Positions 1 through 16,270 of a stretch of 64,000 nucleotides of DNA are shown here, piece by piece. The notes under the pieces are model-generated. The model saw only the letters and a list, made by a program, of their open reading frames with translations, was not told where the DNA came from and made no database searches. Each line of letters starts with the position of its first letter. Positions within the stretch are counted from its first letter, which is position 1. This stretch comes from the human T2T-CHM13v2.0 reference genome, Homo sapiens. The stretch lies in the NCBI RefSeq assembly GCF_009914755.1, contig NC_060935.1; one strand, 5' to 3'. A program made the position numbers and the translations under genes.

Positions 1-889
1 TGACCCAAGTGCCCCTTTTTTGGTGGCATCTGTTTCTTTAAGCTGTATTTTATCTCGTCTGTGTAAAGGTGTTTCCTTTGGCGTTTCCTTCTGTGCATTG
101 TCTCATTGCTTTGAATGCCTTTTGTGTAGGTTTGTTTGGTCTCTGGCCCATGCTGTGAGGTTCTGAGCTCTCACTTTGTGCTTGGTGGCTGGTGGCTGTC
201 CACCCATGTGTACCAGTGCCTGCCAACCTGAAGGGCTTTGGCAGGGGCCTTCGCTGCAGGGTGAGGTCTGAGGAGGAGCCTGAATGCTGGTTCAGTTCTT
301 CCAGAGGACTCTCGACTCTCTTCTCTTGCTTGGTGAGCAGGTGGGTGTTGTGAGCCCGGCTGCCATCATTCTGGGATGGGGCATCTCACCCCTCGGGGAG
401 TCTGTCACTGCGCTGTGCTGCTCTCACGAGGCCCCTTGCTCCACACTCCGTGGAGCTCGGAGCTTTTGTGTTCTCACTTTTCCAGCTTGTCTTTTTCTGA
501 GATGGGGGCCGAGGGGCCTGCCTGGCTGCAGGGTCTCATGGCAGGGATCTGCTGCTCTCTGTATAGACTTGAAGCCCATCCTCCTGACATCGGTCTCCTG
601 AGGTTCCTTTCATTCCCAAGCCTTTTCGGGTTCTCTGTTCGAGACGGTTTGCTTCTTAATTTGTCTTCCCTCCTGCAGGTAGCTGGGGTGCAGCTTGCTC
701 TCCTTGGCTGAGTCAGTTACTGCTTGACCATTGCTTGGCAATGTCCAGGATTGTGATAACTCTATTGTCCTTGATGACTGATTGTTTCTACACACATGCC
801 CCGGCCCCCATTTATGACTTCTGATATATTCTTGATTTATCACTGCCTGAGAGAAGGCTTTGGGGAGGAATAATTTGACTTTATGTAAT

Positions 890-1324
<435 letters not shown>

Positions 1325-1356
1325 TCTCATGCTTAAATGAAGTAGTAATACCTGAC

Positions 1357-1661
1357 CTTTTATTTTTTATCTATTTATATTTGAGATGGAGTCTCGCTCT
1401 GTCACCCAGGCTGGAGTGCAGTAGCGTGATCTTGGCTCACTGCAACCTCCGCCTCCCAGGTTCACTCCATTCTCCTGCCTCAGCCTCCTGAGTAGCTGGG
1501 ACTACAGGCGCCCACCACCATGCCCAGCTAATTTTTTGTATTTTTAGTAGAGAGGGGGGTTTCACCCTGTTAGCCAGGATGGTCTCGATCTCCTGACCTC
1601 GTGATCTGCCCGCCTCGGCTTCCCAAAGTGCTGGGATTACAGGCGTGAGCCACCGCGCTTA
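1357..1661 (-). mobile_element. Alu (AluY-like)
   Basis: reverse Alu with ccattctcc and ttagccaggatggtctcgatc diagnostics. Confidence 0.88.
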
Positions 1662-2104
1662 GCAATACCTGACCTTTTAGTAAATCAAATTTGGGCAGGT
1701 GGTTCTGAGAGCTTGTGTGGCATGTATTTCTCAGTGGAATTTTAAATAGAATGGTGACTCGGCATTTATTCCTTGTCTGAAGTAAGCAAGTAGGAAGGAC
1801 CTTGTTCCCCATTCAAGGGAATGAACGGTGTGGTATGTACTTTGCAAACCTACGTATGGGATTAGTCTGTAGTGCTCTGAAACCTAGAAATCAAAGGAAA
1901 GGCATGGGGCCTTTGACCGACTGACCTTTGTTTCTTGCTGGTAATAGAATATAGTAAATGGAAATTTATCTCAGTAGTTTAGTCAGTAGATTCTGTTATT
2001 GGTAATGATGGGTGAGTCCAGGGGAGTTTGGATACTTGAATTTTCCAGAGAGATTTGTTTAAACCCTGAACTGAAATGTTTTTTCTCATGTATTTTTTGA
2101 TGAC

Positions 2105-2185
2105 TTTAAAAAATAATTTCAGCCTTTATTTTAGATTCTGGGGGTAAATGTGCAGGTTTGTTATGTGGGCATATTGTGTGACACC
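2105..2185 (-). mobile_element. L1 3' end fragment
   Basis: ttttagattctgggggtaaatgtgcaggtttgttat resembles a reverse L1PA/PB 3'UTR end. Confidence 0.55.
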
Positions 2186-2558
2186 AAGGCAGTTTATCAT
2201 GGTGGATGATAAAAGGGGACTCCCTTAGGTCGAGTGTTGCTGAAAGACCTCTCTGCGGAAGTGACATTTCATCTGGGTCCTGAAGCTGCCTGGGACCAGC
2301 CTTGTCCCAGCCTGGAGGGGAGAAGGGCTTGAGGTGGTAGAGAGCCAGTTGTGTTTCAGGACCTGAGAGGCTGTACTGTTGGAACTCAGTGAGCGAGGAG
2401 AGGAGCTGGCATAAGCCGGATTGCTGGGGGAGGCCAGAACGTGCTGGGCCTTGAAGGCTCCGGCATGAGTCTGATTTTATCCTGGGTGCCTTGTAGGAAG
2501 CTGCCAAAGGAAAGCGAGTGAGTAACAGGTCTGATGTAATTATATGACAATATTACAC

Positions 2559-3017
2559 TGTAGCAGGACAAGCCACAGACAAAACCCCTCAGACACCGAG
2601 TTAAAGAAGGGCTTTATTCGGCCGGGAGCTTTGGCAAGAGTCAAATCTTCAACAGCCGAGCTCCCCGAATGAGCAATTCCTGTCCCTCTTCAGGGCTCAC
2701 AACTCTAAGAGGGTCCACGTGAGAGGGTCGTGATCGATTGAGCAAGCAGGGGGTATGTGACTGGGGGCTGCATGCACCTGTAATTAGAACGGAACAGGAT
2801 GGGACAGGGATTTTCACAGTGCTTTTCTATACAATGTCTGGAATCTATAGATAACATAACTGATTAGGTCAGGGGTCGATCTTTAACTACGAGGCCCAGG
2901 GTGTGGCACCGGGCTGTCTGCTTGTGGATTTCATTTCTGCCTTTTAGTTTTTGCTTCTTCTTTCTTTGGAGGCAGAAATTGGGAATAAGACAATGTGAGG
3001 GGTGGTCTCCTCCCTTA
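2559..3017 (-). mobile_element. Solo LTR2-family (HERV-E/Harlequin) LTR
   Basis: reverse complement starts TAAGGGAGGAGACCACCCCTCA and ends GTCCTGCTACA; AATAAA on the minus strand; about 460 bp. Confidence 0.85.
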
Positions 3018-3072
3018 ATGCCAGCTTCTCTGTGGAAAGTAGGTTGGAGGTGAGTGGAAGGTGAAAGCTGCG

Positions 3073-3548
3073 AAGAGTCCCAACTGGAGATGCAGGTGGC
3101 AGCGGAGATGGCGAGAATAGGAGAGTCCGACCGGAGATGCAGGTGGCAGCGGAGATGGCGAGAATAGGAGAGTCCCGACCGGAGATGCAGGTGGCAGCGG
3201 AGATGGCAAGAGTAAGAGAGTCCCGACCGGAGACGCAGGTGGCAGCGGAGATGGCGAGAATAGGAGAGTCCGACCGGAGATGCAGGTGGCAGCGGAGATG
3301 GCAAGAGTAAGAGAGTCCCAACTGGAGATGCAGGTGGCAGCGGAGATGGCGAGAGTAAGAGAGTCCCGACCGGAGACGCAGGTGGCAGCGGAGATGGCGA
3401 GAATAGGAGAGTCCGACCGGAGATGCAGGTGGCAGTGGAGATGGCGAGAGTAAGAGAGTCCCGACCGGAGATGCAGGTGGCAGTGGAGATGGCGCGAGTA
3501 AGGGAGTCTGACTGGAGATGCAGGTGGCAGCGGAGATGGCCGGAATAG
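3073..3548. repeat. VNTR, 47-48 bp unit, about 10 copies
   Basis: unit gagagtcc(c)gaccggagatgcaggtggcagcggagatggcgagaatag read directly. Confidence 0.95.
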
Positions 3549-3774
3549 AGCACTCGTTTGGAGGAAAAGCGGACAGGTCGACAGGATGGATGTGATGGGG
3601 GCCCCGAAGGAGAGGATGCTGTAGAGACTGACATGGCACCTCTGGTGATCCCGTCGCTCAGGAAATGCTCGTTGTTTTCCAGCTGTGTTGCTCAGAAGCT
3701 CTTGGGACAGTTTTTGGTGCATTATGAGCACTCAGAGATGTGGTGCTATTGCTGGGTACCTGCTGTCTGCAGAG

Positions 3775-4390
3775 CATTTATTCTTACCAAGTATTTATTG
3801 AGAGCCTGCTACAATGCCAGGCACTTCCCAGGATTCTGGGACTATGGCAGGGAAAAAACAACTCCGTGTTCACATGGAGCTTGCATTCTAGTGGACAGAG
3901 ATCAAAAAGAAAAACATAGTTTAGTGGGATGTTAGAAGATGATAAACACAACAGAGAAATATCATTCTAGTGGATAGAGATCGAAAATAAACACGAAATT
4001 TGGTGAGATGTTAGAAGATGATAAACACAACAGAGAGATATTAAGGGGGGAAGGTGATTGGGTAAATGAGGGTATAGGTGTTCAATTTTAAGTAGAATGA
4101 TCAGGGCCGGCCCTTCTGTGAAGGCAGCAGTTGAGCAAGGACCTGGAGCTAGTGAGGCAGTGGCCACGTAGAAGTTAGTGGGGAGGGCGTCTTGGCAGAG
4201 GGAGTGGTAAGTGCAGAGGCCTTTGTCGGGGAGGATGACTGCTGCACGGAAGAAACAGCAGGAGGCGCATGTGGCTTTAGGACAGCAATCCTGGGTGGAA
4301 AGGCAGTAGGGGGTTAGGTTGGGGGGAATGAAGGTGGGGGACAGGTGGAGTAGGGCCTTTCCTAGAGCTTTATAAAGACTGTGGCTCTTA
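3775..4390 (-). mobile_element. L2 fragment with an internal ~79-bp tandem duplication (3884-4040)
   Basis: catttatt...tatttattgagagcctgctacaatgccaggcact is typical of a reverse L2 3' end. Confidence 0.6.
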
Positions 4391-4766
4391 CTAGAATGCT
4401 AAACACTGAGTATCCTTGAGTAGCTCAGGCCTTTGTAATGCAGAGTGGTGAATGGTGTGAGGGGTGAACAGCTTCGGAGAGGTCAGGCATGGAATGCAGG
4501 GGTGATGCTTGGCTCAGGTCTTGCTAGGCTGATGGGATGTGGGGGATGGTCTGGAAAGGGTGGGCAGTCCCGTGTGCCACGCTGCAGAGAGGCATGAGCA
4601 GCAGCAGGACACATGTGATACATTGAGGGTGACTCCTAGCGTGGGTAGGGCCTAGTGGGGCACGGGAATGTGGCTGGAGACCAAGGTGGGAGAGGCAGCC
4701 AAAACCAGATGGTAGGACCTCCTGTCTAGGATGTGGGCTGTTTAAGTATTTTAAGCAGGGGAATGA

Positions 4767-5070
<304 letters not shown>

Positions 5071-5106
5071 TCACTTTCTGTTTTGCTGGTAGAATAGTCA
5101 TTTTGA

Positions 5107-5232
5107 GGCCAGGCATGGTGGCTGAGGTCTGTAATCCCAGCACTTTGGGAGGCCAAAACTGGAGGATCTCTTGAGTTCAGGAGTTCAAGACCAGTGTGGG
5201 CAACTTAGTGAGACCTTATCTCTACAAAAAAT
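5107..5232 (+). mobile_element. Alu left monomer (FLAM-like)
   Basis: ggccaggcatggtggct...tctctacaaaaa. Confidence 0.8.
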
Positions 5233-5877
5233 AAGAACAGAAAAGGAAAAGAATGGTCATTTTGGATATAGAGGATGGGTTTTAGGTGAGGCTTAGAGGC
5301 AGGAAAGCCAGTTAGGAAAAGATGGATTGCTTTGGTCCAGAGGAGACGGCGAGGATCTGGAGTGGAAAGGTAGGAGTGACATGTGGAGGTTTAGAAAACA
5401 GAATCAACAGAGGCATGCATGCTAAACATTCTTCATTCGTGACAGCTTTGAGTCTGCATCAGAAATGCCACTTAGCCGGAATGGTGGAGTGAGGCCTCTG
5501 TAATCCAATCCTCCATAAAAGCAGTGAAAACACTGGCAAAAATGGTCAAAATCAACTGTCAGAACGCGAAATTAACCAACGGTTGCGACACTCTGAGGAG
5601 CTTTTATCTGTGAACAACTGTGGCACCTCTAACTCAACCTCCTCCCATTCTCTTCTCCCCAGCTCCGTGGTAACCATGGAAACCAGCTGCCTTATAACCA
5701 TGGTAGCTGGGAAAGCCAGCAGCCTAGCAGCTACTGGAGGGGACACATGAAGGCTGGAGCTCCTCAGCAAGTCCCGGCTGCAGAGCATGTCACTCTCGGA
5801 CCTGTCCCACTTACTGAGCTTGCCATCGTATGAGCTAGCTCAGTGTGAAAACCCTGTTTCTGAAAGAGAGACTGTCA

Positions 5878-6218
<341 letters not shown>

Positions 6219-6435
6219 AAATTAAGATATTTCCAGGTAAACAATAAACAGAGGACATTTGTTGTTTTAGCCAACCTCCCTTATAATACATACTGAAAGG
6301 AATGTCTCAGGCTGGAATGAAAGGACACTAGGTGGTAGGATACGTGAAGAAATAAAAGAACAACGGTGAAGACAGCTACATATGTCAAGTTAAAAGACAA
6401 TGTAAGTGCACTTTTGTAACTTTTAGTCTCCTGTC

Positions 6436-6747
6436 TTTTTTTCTTTTCTTTTTTTTTTTTTTTTGAGACGGAGTCTCCCTCTGTCGCCAAGGCTAGAGTG
6501 CGGTGGCGCCGATCTCGGCTCACTGCAGCCCCCACCTCCCGGACTCAGGTGATTCTCCTGCCTTAGCCTTTTGAGTAGCTGGGATTACAGACTCCCGCCA
6601 CCAGGCCCAGCTAATTTTTGTATTTTTAGTAGAGACAGGGTTTTGCCATGTTGGTCAGGCTGGTCTCGAACTCCTGACCTCAGGTAATCCACCTGCCTTG
6701 GCTTCCCAAAGAGCTGAGATTGCAGGCGTGAGCCATTACGCTTGGCC
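6436..6747 (-). mobile_element. Alu
   Basis: reverse Alu dimer. Confidence 0.9.
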
Positions 6748-6950
6748 CCTATCTGCCTTAAAAGACAACTGTACAAAGTAATAATTATAAAGCTGTTTTG
6801 ATAGGCTTATAACATATAAAGGTGTGATTTGACAGTTACAGCACAAAAGAGAAGTGAGGGAAGAGCTTTATAGGAGCAACATTTCTCCGTACCATTAGAA
6901 TTAGGTTTGTGTTAATCAAAACTGGATTGTTTTAAGTTAAGGTGCTAGTT

Positions 6951-7400
6951 GGCTGGGCGCGGTGGCTCACACCTCTAATCCCAGCGCTTTGGGAGGCCGA
7001 GGTGGGCGGATCACTTGAGGTTGGGAGTTCGAGACCAGCCTGGTCAACATGGCAAAACCCCATCTCTACTAAAAATACAAAAATTAGTTGGGCATGGTGG
7101 CGTACTTGGAGACAGGCCAGATGTAGTGGCTCACGCCGCCTGTAATCCCAGCGCTTTTGGGAGACCAAGGTGGGAGGGTTTCTTAAAGCCAGGAGTTCGA
7201 GAGCCTGGGCAACAAAAGTGAGACCCCCGTCTCTACAAAAAAAAATTAGCCAGGCCCAGAGATGTGCCCTTATAGTCCCAGTTACTTGGGAGACTGAGAC
7301 AGGAGGATTGTTTAGCCTGGGAGTTTGAGGTGCAATGAACTATGATCACGCCCCTGCACTTCAGCCTGGGTGACAAAGCAAGACATTGTCTCTTAAAAAA
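6951..7400 (+). mobile_element. Truncated Alu (6951-7104) followed by an AluJ-like element (7115-7400)
   Basis: two Alu starts. Confidence 0.85.
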
Positions 7401-7857
7401 ACTTGGAGATAAATGCAAATAAAAACACAGCATTCCAAAAATTATACACTGCAGTGAGAGCAGGGCTGAGGGGGAAGTTTATAACTGTAAATACCTACAT
7501 TAAAAAAGATCTCAAATCATTAACCTGTGTTTCACCTTAAGACACCAGAAAAAGCACGAACAAAACCTAAAACAAGAAGGAAGAAAATAGCAAAGATGAG
7601 AGCAAAGATTGGTTATTTGAAAAGATCATCAAAATTGGCAAACTTAGTGAGACTGACTGAGATAAAAAGAAGACTCAGATTGCTAAAAGCAGGAATGAGA
7701 GGGGAGATTATTATTCACCTTACAGAAATAAAAAGGATTATAAGAGAATTCCATGAATAATTGTGTAACAAAATATTAGATAACTTAGTTGAAATGGACA
7801 AATTCCTAGAAAGTCGTGACCGAAGCTAACTCAAGAAGAAATAGAAAATCTGAATAG

Positions 7858-7956
7858 TTGCTCACTTTGGCAACACATATACTAAAATTGGAACAATACA
7901 GAGATTAGCATGGCCCTTGTGTGAGAATGACACACAAATTTGTGAAGCATTCCATA
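7858..7956 (+). pseudogene. U6 snRNA retropseudogene
   Basis: tgctcactttggcaacacatatactaaaattggaacaatacagagattagcatggccc...gaagcattccata aligns to U6 with CpG decay and a 3-nt deletion; TSD-like agaaaatctgaatag (7843) and agaaaacctaaatag (7959). Confidence 0.92.
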
Positions 7957-8020
7957 AAAGAAAACCTAAATAGACTTATAATAAGTAAATAGATTGAATT
8001 AATAATTTAAAAACTTGTCA

Positions 8021-8422
<402 letters not shown>

Positions 8423-8444
8423 TTAAAGAATTAATACCAGTCCT

Positions 8445-8774
<330 letters not shown>

Positions 8775-8931
8775 TCATTCTATAAGGCCAGTATTATGCT
8801 GATACCAAAACTAGACAAAGACATGACAAGAAAGGAAAATTACAGGCCATTATCATGAATATAGAAACAAGAATCTTCAACCAAATGCTAGCCAGTTGAA
8901 TCCAGCAACAACGTATAAAAAGGATTATACA

Positions 8932-9231
8932 GGCCGGGAGTGGTGGCTCACACCTGTAATCCCAGCACTTTCGGAGGCCGAGGCGGGTGGATCACGAAGT
9001 CAGGAGATGGAGACCAGCCTGGCCAACATGGTGAAACCCCATCTCTACTAAAAATACAAAAATTAGCTGGGTGTGGTGGCATGTGCCTATAGTCCCAGCT
9101 ACTCAGGAGGCTGAGGCAGGAGAAGTGCTAGAACCCGGGAGGCGGTGTTGGCAGTGAGCCGAGATCACGCCACTGCACTCCAGCCTGGGTGACAGAGAGA
9201 GACTCTGTCTCAAAAAAGAAAAAAAAAAAAA
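8932..9231 (+). mobile_element. Alu
   Basis: Alu dimer with poly-A. Confidence 0.9.
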
Positions 9232-9691
9232 CAGGTTTATACACCAGATTCGAGTGAGAATTGTCCCAGGAATGCAAGGTTGGCTTAACATCTGAAAATC
9301 AATCCATGTAATACTTCATATTAATACCATAAAGGATGAAAAAATGCCTGGTCATCTCCATAGATGCAAAAAAGAACAGGATTGGAGGATTCACATGCTG
9401 ATTCCAAAACTTAATACACAAATGATTAAGATAGTATAATACTGGTATAAGGACAGATACGTAGATACTGAGATAATAATATTGAGAGTACAGAAGTAAA
9501 CCTTTACATTTGTGGTGAATTGATTTTCAGCAGGAGTGCCAAGATAATTCAATGGTGGGGGAAAAGAATAGTCTTAAACAAATGGTGCTGGGATGACTGA
9601 ATCTCCATGTAAAAGTATGTAAATGGACTCCTACCTTACACTATGCACAAGAAATAACTCCATGGATCATAAACCCAACTGTAAGAGCTAA

Positions 9692-10025
<334 letters not shown>

Positions 10026-10246
10026 GAATATGATTTCCTAGGTGACAACAAATGTGCAAATGACAAAAAAAAAGTTAATCTGGACTTCATAACGTGTGCT
10101 ACAAAATACTATTTAGAAGGTGAAATGGCAACCTGAGAATGAGAGAAAATATTTGAAAACCGTGTACCTGATAAAGGGCTCGTTATTTAGAATATATAAA
10201 AAACTTCATGAAGACAACTAAATTAAAAAATTGATGAAGTGTTAGG

Positions 10247-10542
10247 GGCTGCGGGTGTGGTGGCCATACCTGTAATCCCAGCATTTTGGGAGGCTGAGGT
10301 AGGTGGATCACCCGAGGTCAGGAGTTCAAGACCAGCCTAGCCAACATGGTGAAACCCCGTCTGTACTAAAATACAAAAATTAACTGGGTGTGGTGGTGTG
10401 CACCTGTAATCCCAGCTTCTTGGGAGGCTGAGGCACAAGAATCACTTGAACCTGGGAAGCGGATGTTGCAGTGAGCCGAGGTCATGTCACTGTACTCCAG
10501 CCTGGGTGACAGAGTGAGACTGCATCTCAAAAAAAAAAAAAA
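10247..10542 (+). mobile_element. Alu
   Basis: Alu dimer; TSD aaaaattgatgaagt. Confidence 0.9.
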
Positions 10543-10584
10543 TTGATGAAGTATTAAAATATATATTTCTTCCAAATAGATTTA

Positions 10585-11230
<646 letters not shown>

Positions 11231-11311
11231 TAATTTTAGCAATTATAGCTTCCTTCAAAAATTCTTGGGCTTGGTCAATTTTGGGCTTTTGGGTTACTCG
11301 GCGGAATCACT

Positions 11312-11604
11312 TTATTTCTTTGAGACAGAGTCTCACCTTGTTGCCTAGGCTGGAGTACAGCGATGTCTGTCCTGGCTCACTGGAGTGTTGACTTCCTGGG
11401 CTCAGGTGATTCCCCCCACCTCAGCCTCCCTAGTAGCTGGGACCACAGGCATGCACCACCACACCTAATTTTTTAAAAAATTATTTATGGAGACCAGGTC
11501 TCCCTATGTTGCCTAGGCTGGTCTCGAGCTCCTGGACTCAAAACAGCCCTCCCACTTCAGCCTCCCAAGGTGCTGGGATTATAGGCGTGAGCCACTGCCC
11601 AGTC
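11312..11604 (-). mobile_element. AluJ-like
   Basis: reverse divergent Alu. Confidence 0.85.
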
Positions 11605-12080
11605 TGAAATCACTTTATATACAGACTAAAACTCTGTAGACCAAGTTTTGCTGCACATTGCAAGGACAGAAGATTTTGGTACTTTGGTATTTTATAATCA
11701 TCTGTCATAGGCTCCTTTACTATTTTTTGTGGAACTTGGGCTGTTCCCAGAATACTAATCCTCTCTGTTGATTAGTTCAGCCTGTAAACAAGAAATCATT
11801 AACCAGCATGCTGTTCCTGAAGAATGACCAGGGACAATAATTGTAAAAATTCAAGAGCTTTTATCCAAGCCTGCCCCTATAGAGTGTGTTCTTTGCTACT
11901 TCATGGAATGCAAATTGTAACTTGCTTTTGCCAGTAGCTATGGCATGTCCAGGTTACTCATTAGCCACCAGAGCTCCTAAGTTCACTGCGAGAATTCCCT
12001 GATGCAAGTACAGTACCCTTAGTGCTGATGGGCTGGCTGCATTTCAGACAGGAATAGTGCAGGATGACTGTGGCCAGCGT

Positions 12081-12197
12081 CTCTTTAACAAAGATCAGAC
12101 TGTGTGTGGGGCTGGGCTTGTTGCTGTGGGTCAGTTACTCTTTAACAAAGATCAGACTCTGTGTGGCTGGGCTTGTTGCTGTGGGTCAGTTACTCTT
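12081..12197. repeat. ~57-bp tandem duplication, 2 copies
   Basis: ctctttaacaaagatcagact...gtgggtcagtta occurs twice. Confidence 0.85.
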
Positions 12198-12600
12198 GCT
12201 CATGCTTTACCCTTTCAGAATTCAGCTCCTCCCCGCTTCTCCTCAAGCTAATTTATCTAAAAAGATAAGATTTTTTTGCTAGATCTGTTCCCGGCACGGT
12301 GGGGTGGTTGAAGTCCTCCTGTGAGGCCCTCTGCCTTATGGAGATCAGTGCAGTGTCAGTGGCACGAATTGGTGCCTGGCCAGGAGCACGCTCTGCTCCT
12401 TTACAGGAGAGCCCCTGACAGGCACTGGAGGGCTCAGATTGTTACCTGCGTCCGTCATGACTGCAGGGGTGCTGCGTTGATCATGCAGCTTCTACTAGAG
12501 CGTTTTTGGTAAATTTGGGACATGGTAGTTGACTTGAATGTGTCAGTCTTGCCTGCAGGTCATCATCCGTCATCTCAGCCATGGTCGTGCTGGATTGTCT

Positions 12601-13562
<962 letters not shown>

Positions 13563-13790
13563 TCTCTACCTTCTCTTGCACAGACATGATGCCGTGAGGT
13601 TGTACGGCCGTTGGTGGCTTTCCTTTTGAGGGAGCTGGAGCTCAGAGGCACAGCAGAATGAGTCAAAGGCTGCACTTGGATTCCCACCTCACTTGGATTC
13701 CCACCTCACGTGCTGGCCCCAAAGTTCACTCTTGTCATCACCTTCCATGCTTCTCCCCCTCCTCAGGGGCTGGCCTGCCCTCGTTTTAAA

Positions 13791-14192
13791 GTGTGTGTGT
13801 ATGCGTATATTTGTATTTATGCATGTGTGTGTACATGTGTGTATTTGTGTGTGTGTATGTATTTGTGTTTATGTGTATGTATGTATATGTGTATATATGT
13901 TGTATTTGTGTTTATATTTGTGTATATATGTTGTATTTGTGTTTGTGTACGTGTGTATTTCTGTGTATCTGTGTATTTGTATTTATGTGTGTTTGTAAAT
14001 GTGTGTATATGTATATTTGTGTGTGGCGTGTACATTTGTGTATTTGTGTGTATTTGGTTTATGTGTGCTTGTACGTGTATTTGTGTGTATATATGTGTAT
14101 TTGTGTTTGTATAAATGTGTATTCATGTGTGTTTGTAAATGTGTGCATGTGTGTATTTGGTGTGTGTGTGTGTGTATTTGTGTGTGTGTGTG
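13791..14192. repeat. Degenerate (TG)n/(TGTA)n microsatellite, about 400 bp
   Basis: read directly. Confidence 0.95.
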
Positions 14193-15494
14193 TTGAAAAT
14201 TGGGCAATTAAAAGCAAGCTGTGGATGGGAAGCTGGAACTTGTCTCTGTTTCTGTCCCACAGAGGAGGGGGGTTAACTGCCTGTTTCTCCTGGTGGTTAC
14301 CTCTATAACTCTACATTATGTGCTGTTTGTTTTAGTTTGTGGTTTCACAACCTTATATAAAATCTGTAGATTCCGTTTAGGAAAGTTGATTTAGCTCATG
14401 TAGTAGTATTTCCTCTTTCTCCTGCCCCCAGGTTTTTAGTATTTCTGCTTTAGATCTGAGCTCTGTTGATTCTGGACAACATAAGTTCCCCCTCAGAGTG
14501 GTTTCTTTCCCTGGTGTTTGGGTGGGTAAAGTAGAGGGCACAAACCAGGGAGAGAGCGCAAGGTCCCCTGTTGCAGACTTAATAGCACAGATCTGTGTAC
14601 ACCTTTGTGAGAAGCACACATGTACACACACAGTGGCATGCACACATAGGCACACGCACACTGGCACACCGCACCCAGTGCAGAGTGCCTCACCCATGCG
14701 CAGTCCCAGCTGTGTGAAGCTGCCTGCAGGCTTTGTGTGGCAGAAGCTCCCAAGACACTGTTTTCGTGACTCTTTCAGCCAAGTCCAAAAAACCTGCCAT
14801 CCTGGGGGGCATCAGGCTGCCAGCATCCTCCTGTACCTGCTGTCCTGCTTTCTTGTGGAGCCGTCCGCTGGTCAGCCATCATACAGAGAGGAGTGGGGAT
14901 GCTGAGACGCTGGGCAGCCTGCCCAGGGGTCACTGCTGTGAGCAGCTTTCAGGGCTGGGAAGAGAGACTGACTGGGACAGGAGGTTTGGGTGTGTCTGTG
15001 TTTTGTTAAAGGTCCCCTGAGGGCAGAAGCTGTTGTGTTCCCAGCACCTGGGACAGTGCTTGGGTCGGGGAGCCGCCACATAGGCACTTGATTTTCCTGT
15101 TCTGACCACCTGTCCATCTGAAGTTTTCTAGGGTAGGACTGGCTCAAAGGAGTGTTTGTTCGGTTCAGGAAACATTCAACCTTATTTATTAGCAAATGTG
15201 TAGTAAAAGACAAAAGATATTCTGGAGGAGGGAGCTTGTCCTGTGGGGGAGGCAAGATCAGTTTTGGAAGCAGCAGTGGTGGAGTTCGGCCCTGTGACTG
15301 CGTAGGGCAGGGGTGAGCTCTTTGTCCTCTGATCTGTGCACACCAGGCCTGGCGGGGCCGCTTGTGTCGTGTTCTGATGTGGATGGGTTGCTGCAGAGGC
15401 CTTTTACTTCAGCTGGAGATCCTTAAACCAAAGACTCACTTGAGAAGGTTTTTTAAATAGTCAGCTTTATTATTGCTTTAAAAAAGTGACTTAG

Positions 15495-15876
15495 GGCCAG
15501 GTGCAGTGGCTCACACCTGTAATCCCAGCACTTTAGGAGGCCAAGGTGAGAGGATTGCTTGAGCTCAGGAGATCGAGACCAGCCCAAATACCGTAGTGAG
15601 AACTTGTCTCTATTTTTTCTTTTTTCTTTTTTTTTCTTTCTGGGGATGGAATCTTGCTCTGTCATCTCGCCTCACTGCAGCCTCTGCCTCCTGGGTTCAA
15701 GTGATTCGTCTGTCTCAGCCTCCCAAGTAGCTGGGATTACAGGCATGCGCCACCACGCCTGGCTAATTTTTGTATTTTTAGTAGAGACGGGGTTTCGCCA
15801 CGTTGGCTAGGCTGGTCTCCAACTCCTGACCTCAGGCGACCCACCTGCCTCTGATGAGGCACCACCATGCCTGGCC
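15495..15876. mobile_element. Alu monomer (+, 15495-15612) abutting a reverse Alu (15613-15876)
   Basis: Alu consensus in opposite orientations. Confidence 0.85.
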
Positions 15877-16270
15877 ATATTTTTAATTTTTTAAAAAATA
15901 GAATAAAAAGTGACTTAAATGTACACAAAGTTGTTTTTGCACACAACTCACCTTACCCTGTGTGATGAATAATTGTATTTTGACAGTGCTTGTTAAACAT
16001 GTGTATCCCTATTAAAATCACTTGTACTCTTTAAGCCTCAGTTTTCACAGCTGGTCCAGGTAGAGTTAAACTACACGTGGTCTCATCTCTCTCCCTTGCC
16101 TGGCTTGTGACATACATGCAAGTGTTTGTTGAGCGAGGTCCCTTTAGCAATAGATTTAGCGTGTACTGAAAGTTTGATTGTCACACATCTAATGTGCGTT
16201 TTCCCTCTTTTGTACAATGGAGAATTCCCACATTTCATGGGTGTGAGCTGAAAAAAAGACTTGAAGCTAA

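Noticed and set aside
2864-3731. 231-256 aa minus-strand ORFs
   Set aside because: Translations of the 47/48-bp VNTR and the adjacent LTR
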